Source of the DNA: Octopus vulgaris
Lineage: Eukaryota
Direction of reading: 5' to 3'
NCBI GenBank assembly: GCA_951406725.2
Contig: OX597831.1
Coordinates: 49,042,001-49,106,000 of the forward strand
DNA: 64,000 nucleotides
Of the stretch, positions 63,837 through 64,000 are shown piece by piece. The notes below the pieces were generated by a model, which was given only the letters and a program-made list of their open reading frames with translations, was not told the origin of the DNA and made no database searches. The stretch's first letter is position 1. Each line of letters starts with the position of its first letter. The position numbers were made by a program, and so were the translations under genes.

Positions 63837-64000
63837 AAATGTATGTATGTGTATGTATATATATATATATATAAATATATAAATATAGACCCATGAAAGG
63901 CAGACGTTAAACAACGATGATATATATATATATATATATATATAAAACAGGTAAAGACCTCGTTCAGTCATGAATGACCATGGGATTGCACCTAGAAAGT

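Overview
Eukaryotic, AT-rich, repeat-dense animal DNA; the SINE families suggest an octopus-like cephalopod (inference). Three zones. (1) 1-9.8 kb: decayed transposon patchwork ending in a 5'-truncated Tx1/L1-type LINE whose 3' end abuts nucleotide +1 of a U1 snRNA gene. (2) 9.8-47.5 kb: a tandem array of ten full-length (163 nt) U1 snRNA genes plus one 3' fragment, all on +. They keep the 5' splice-site arm, the U1A loop and compensated stems, but have a non-canonical Sm site (AUUUCUA) and an altered U1-70K loop. Spacers are built from CR1, Helitron, Mutator-, Merlin- and pogo-like elements. One spacer holds a 1.6-kb, ~22-bp minisatellite that appears seeded from a LINE ORF2 segment at its 5' truncation point. 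(3) 47.5-64 kb: the last five coding exons of ULK4 on the minus strand, with intronic mariner/hAT elements, SINEs and a complete but CpG-decayed Ty3/Gypsy element nested in a Helitron. All calls come from reading the sequence by eye; no database searches were run.
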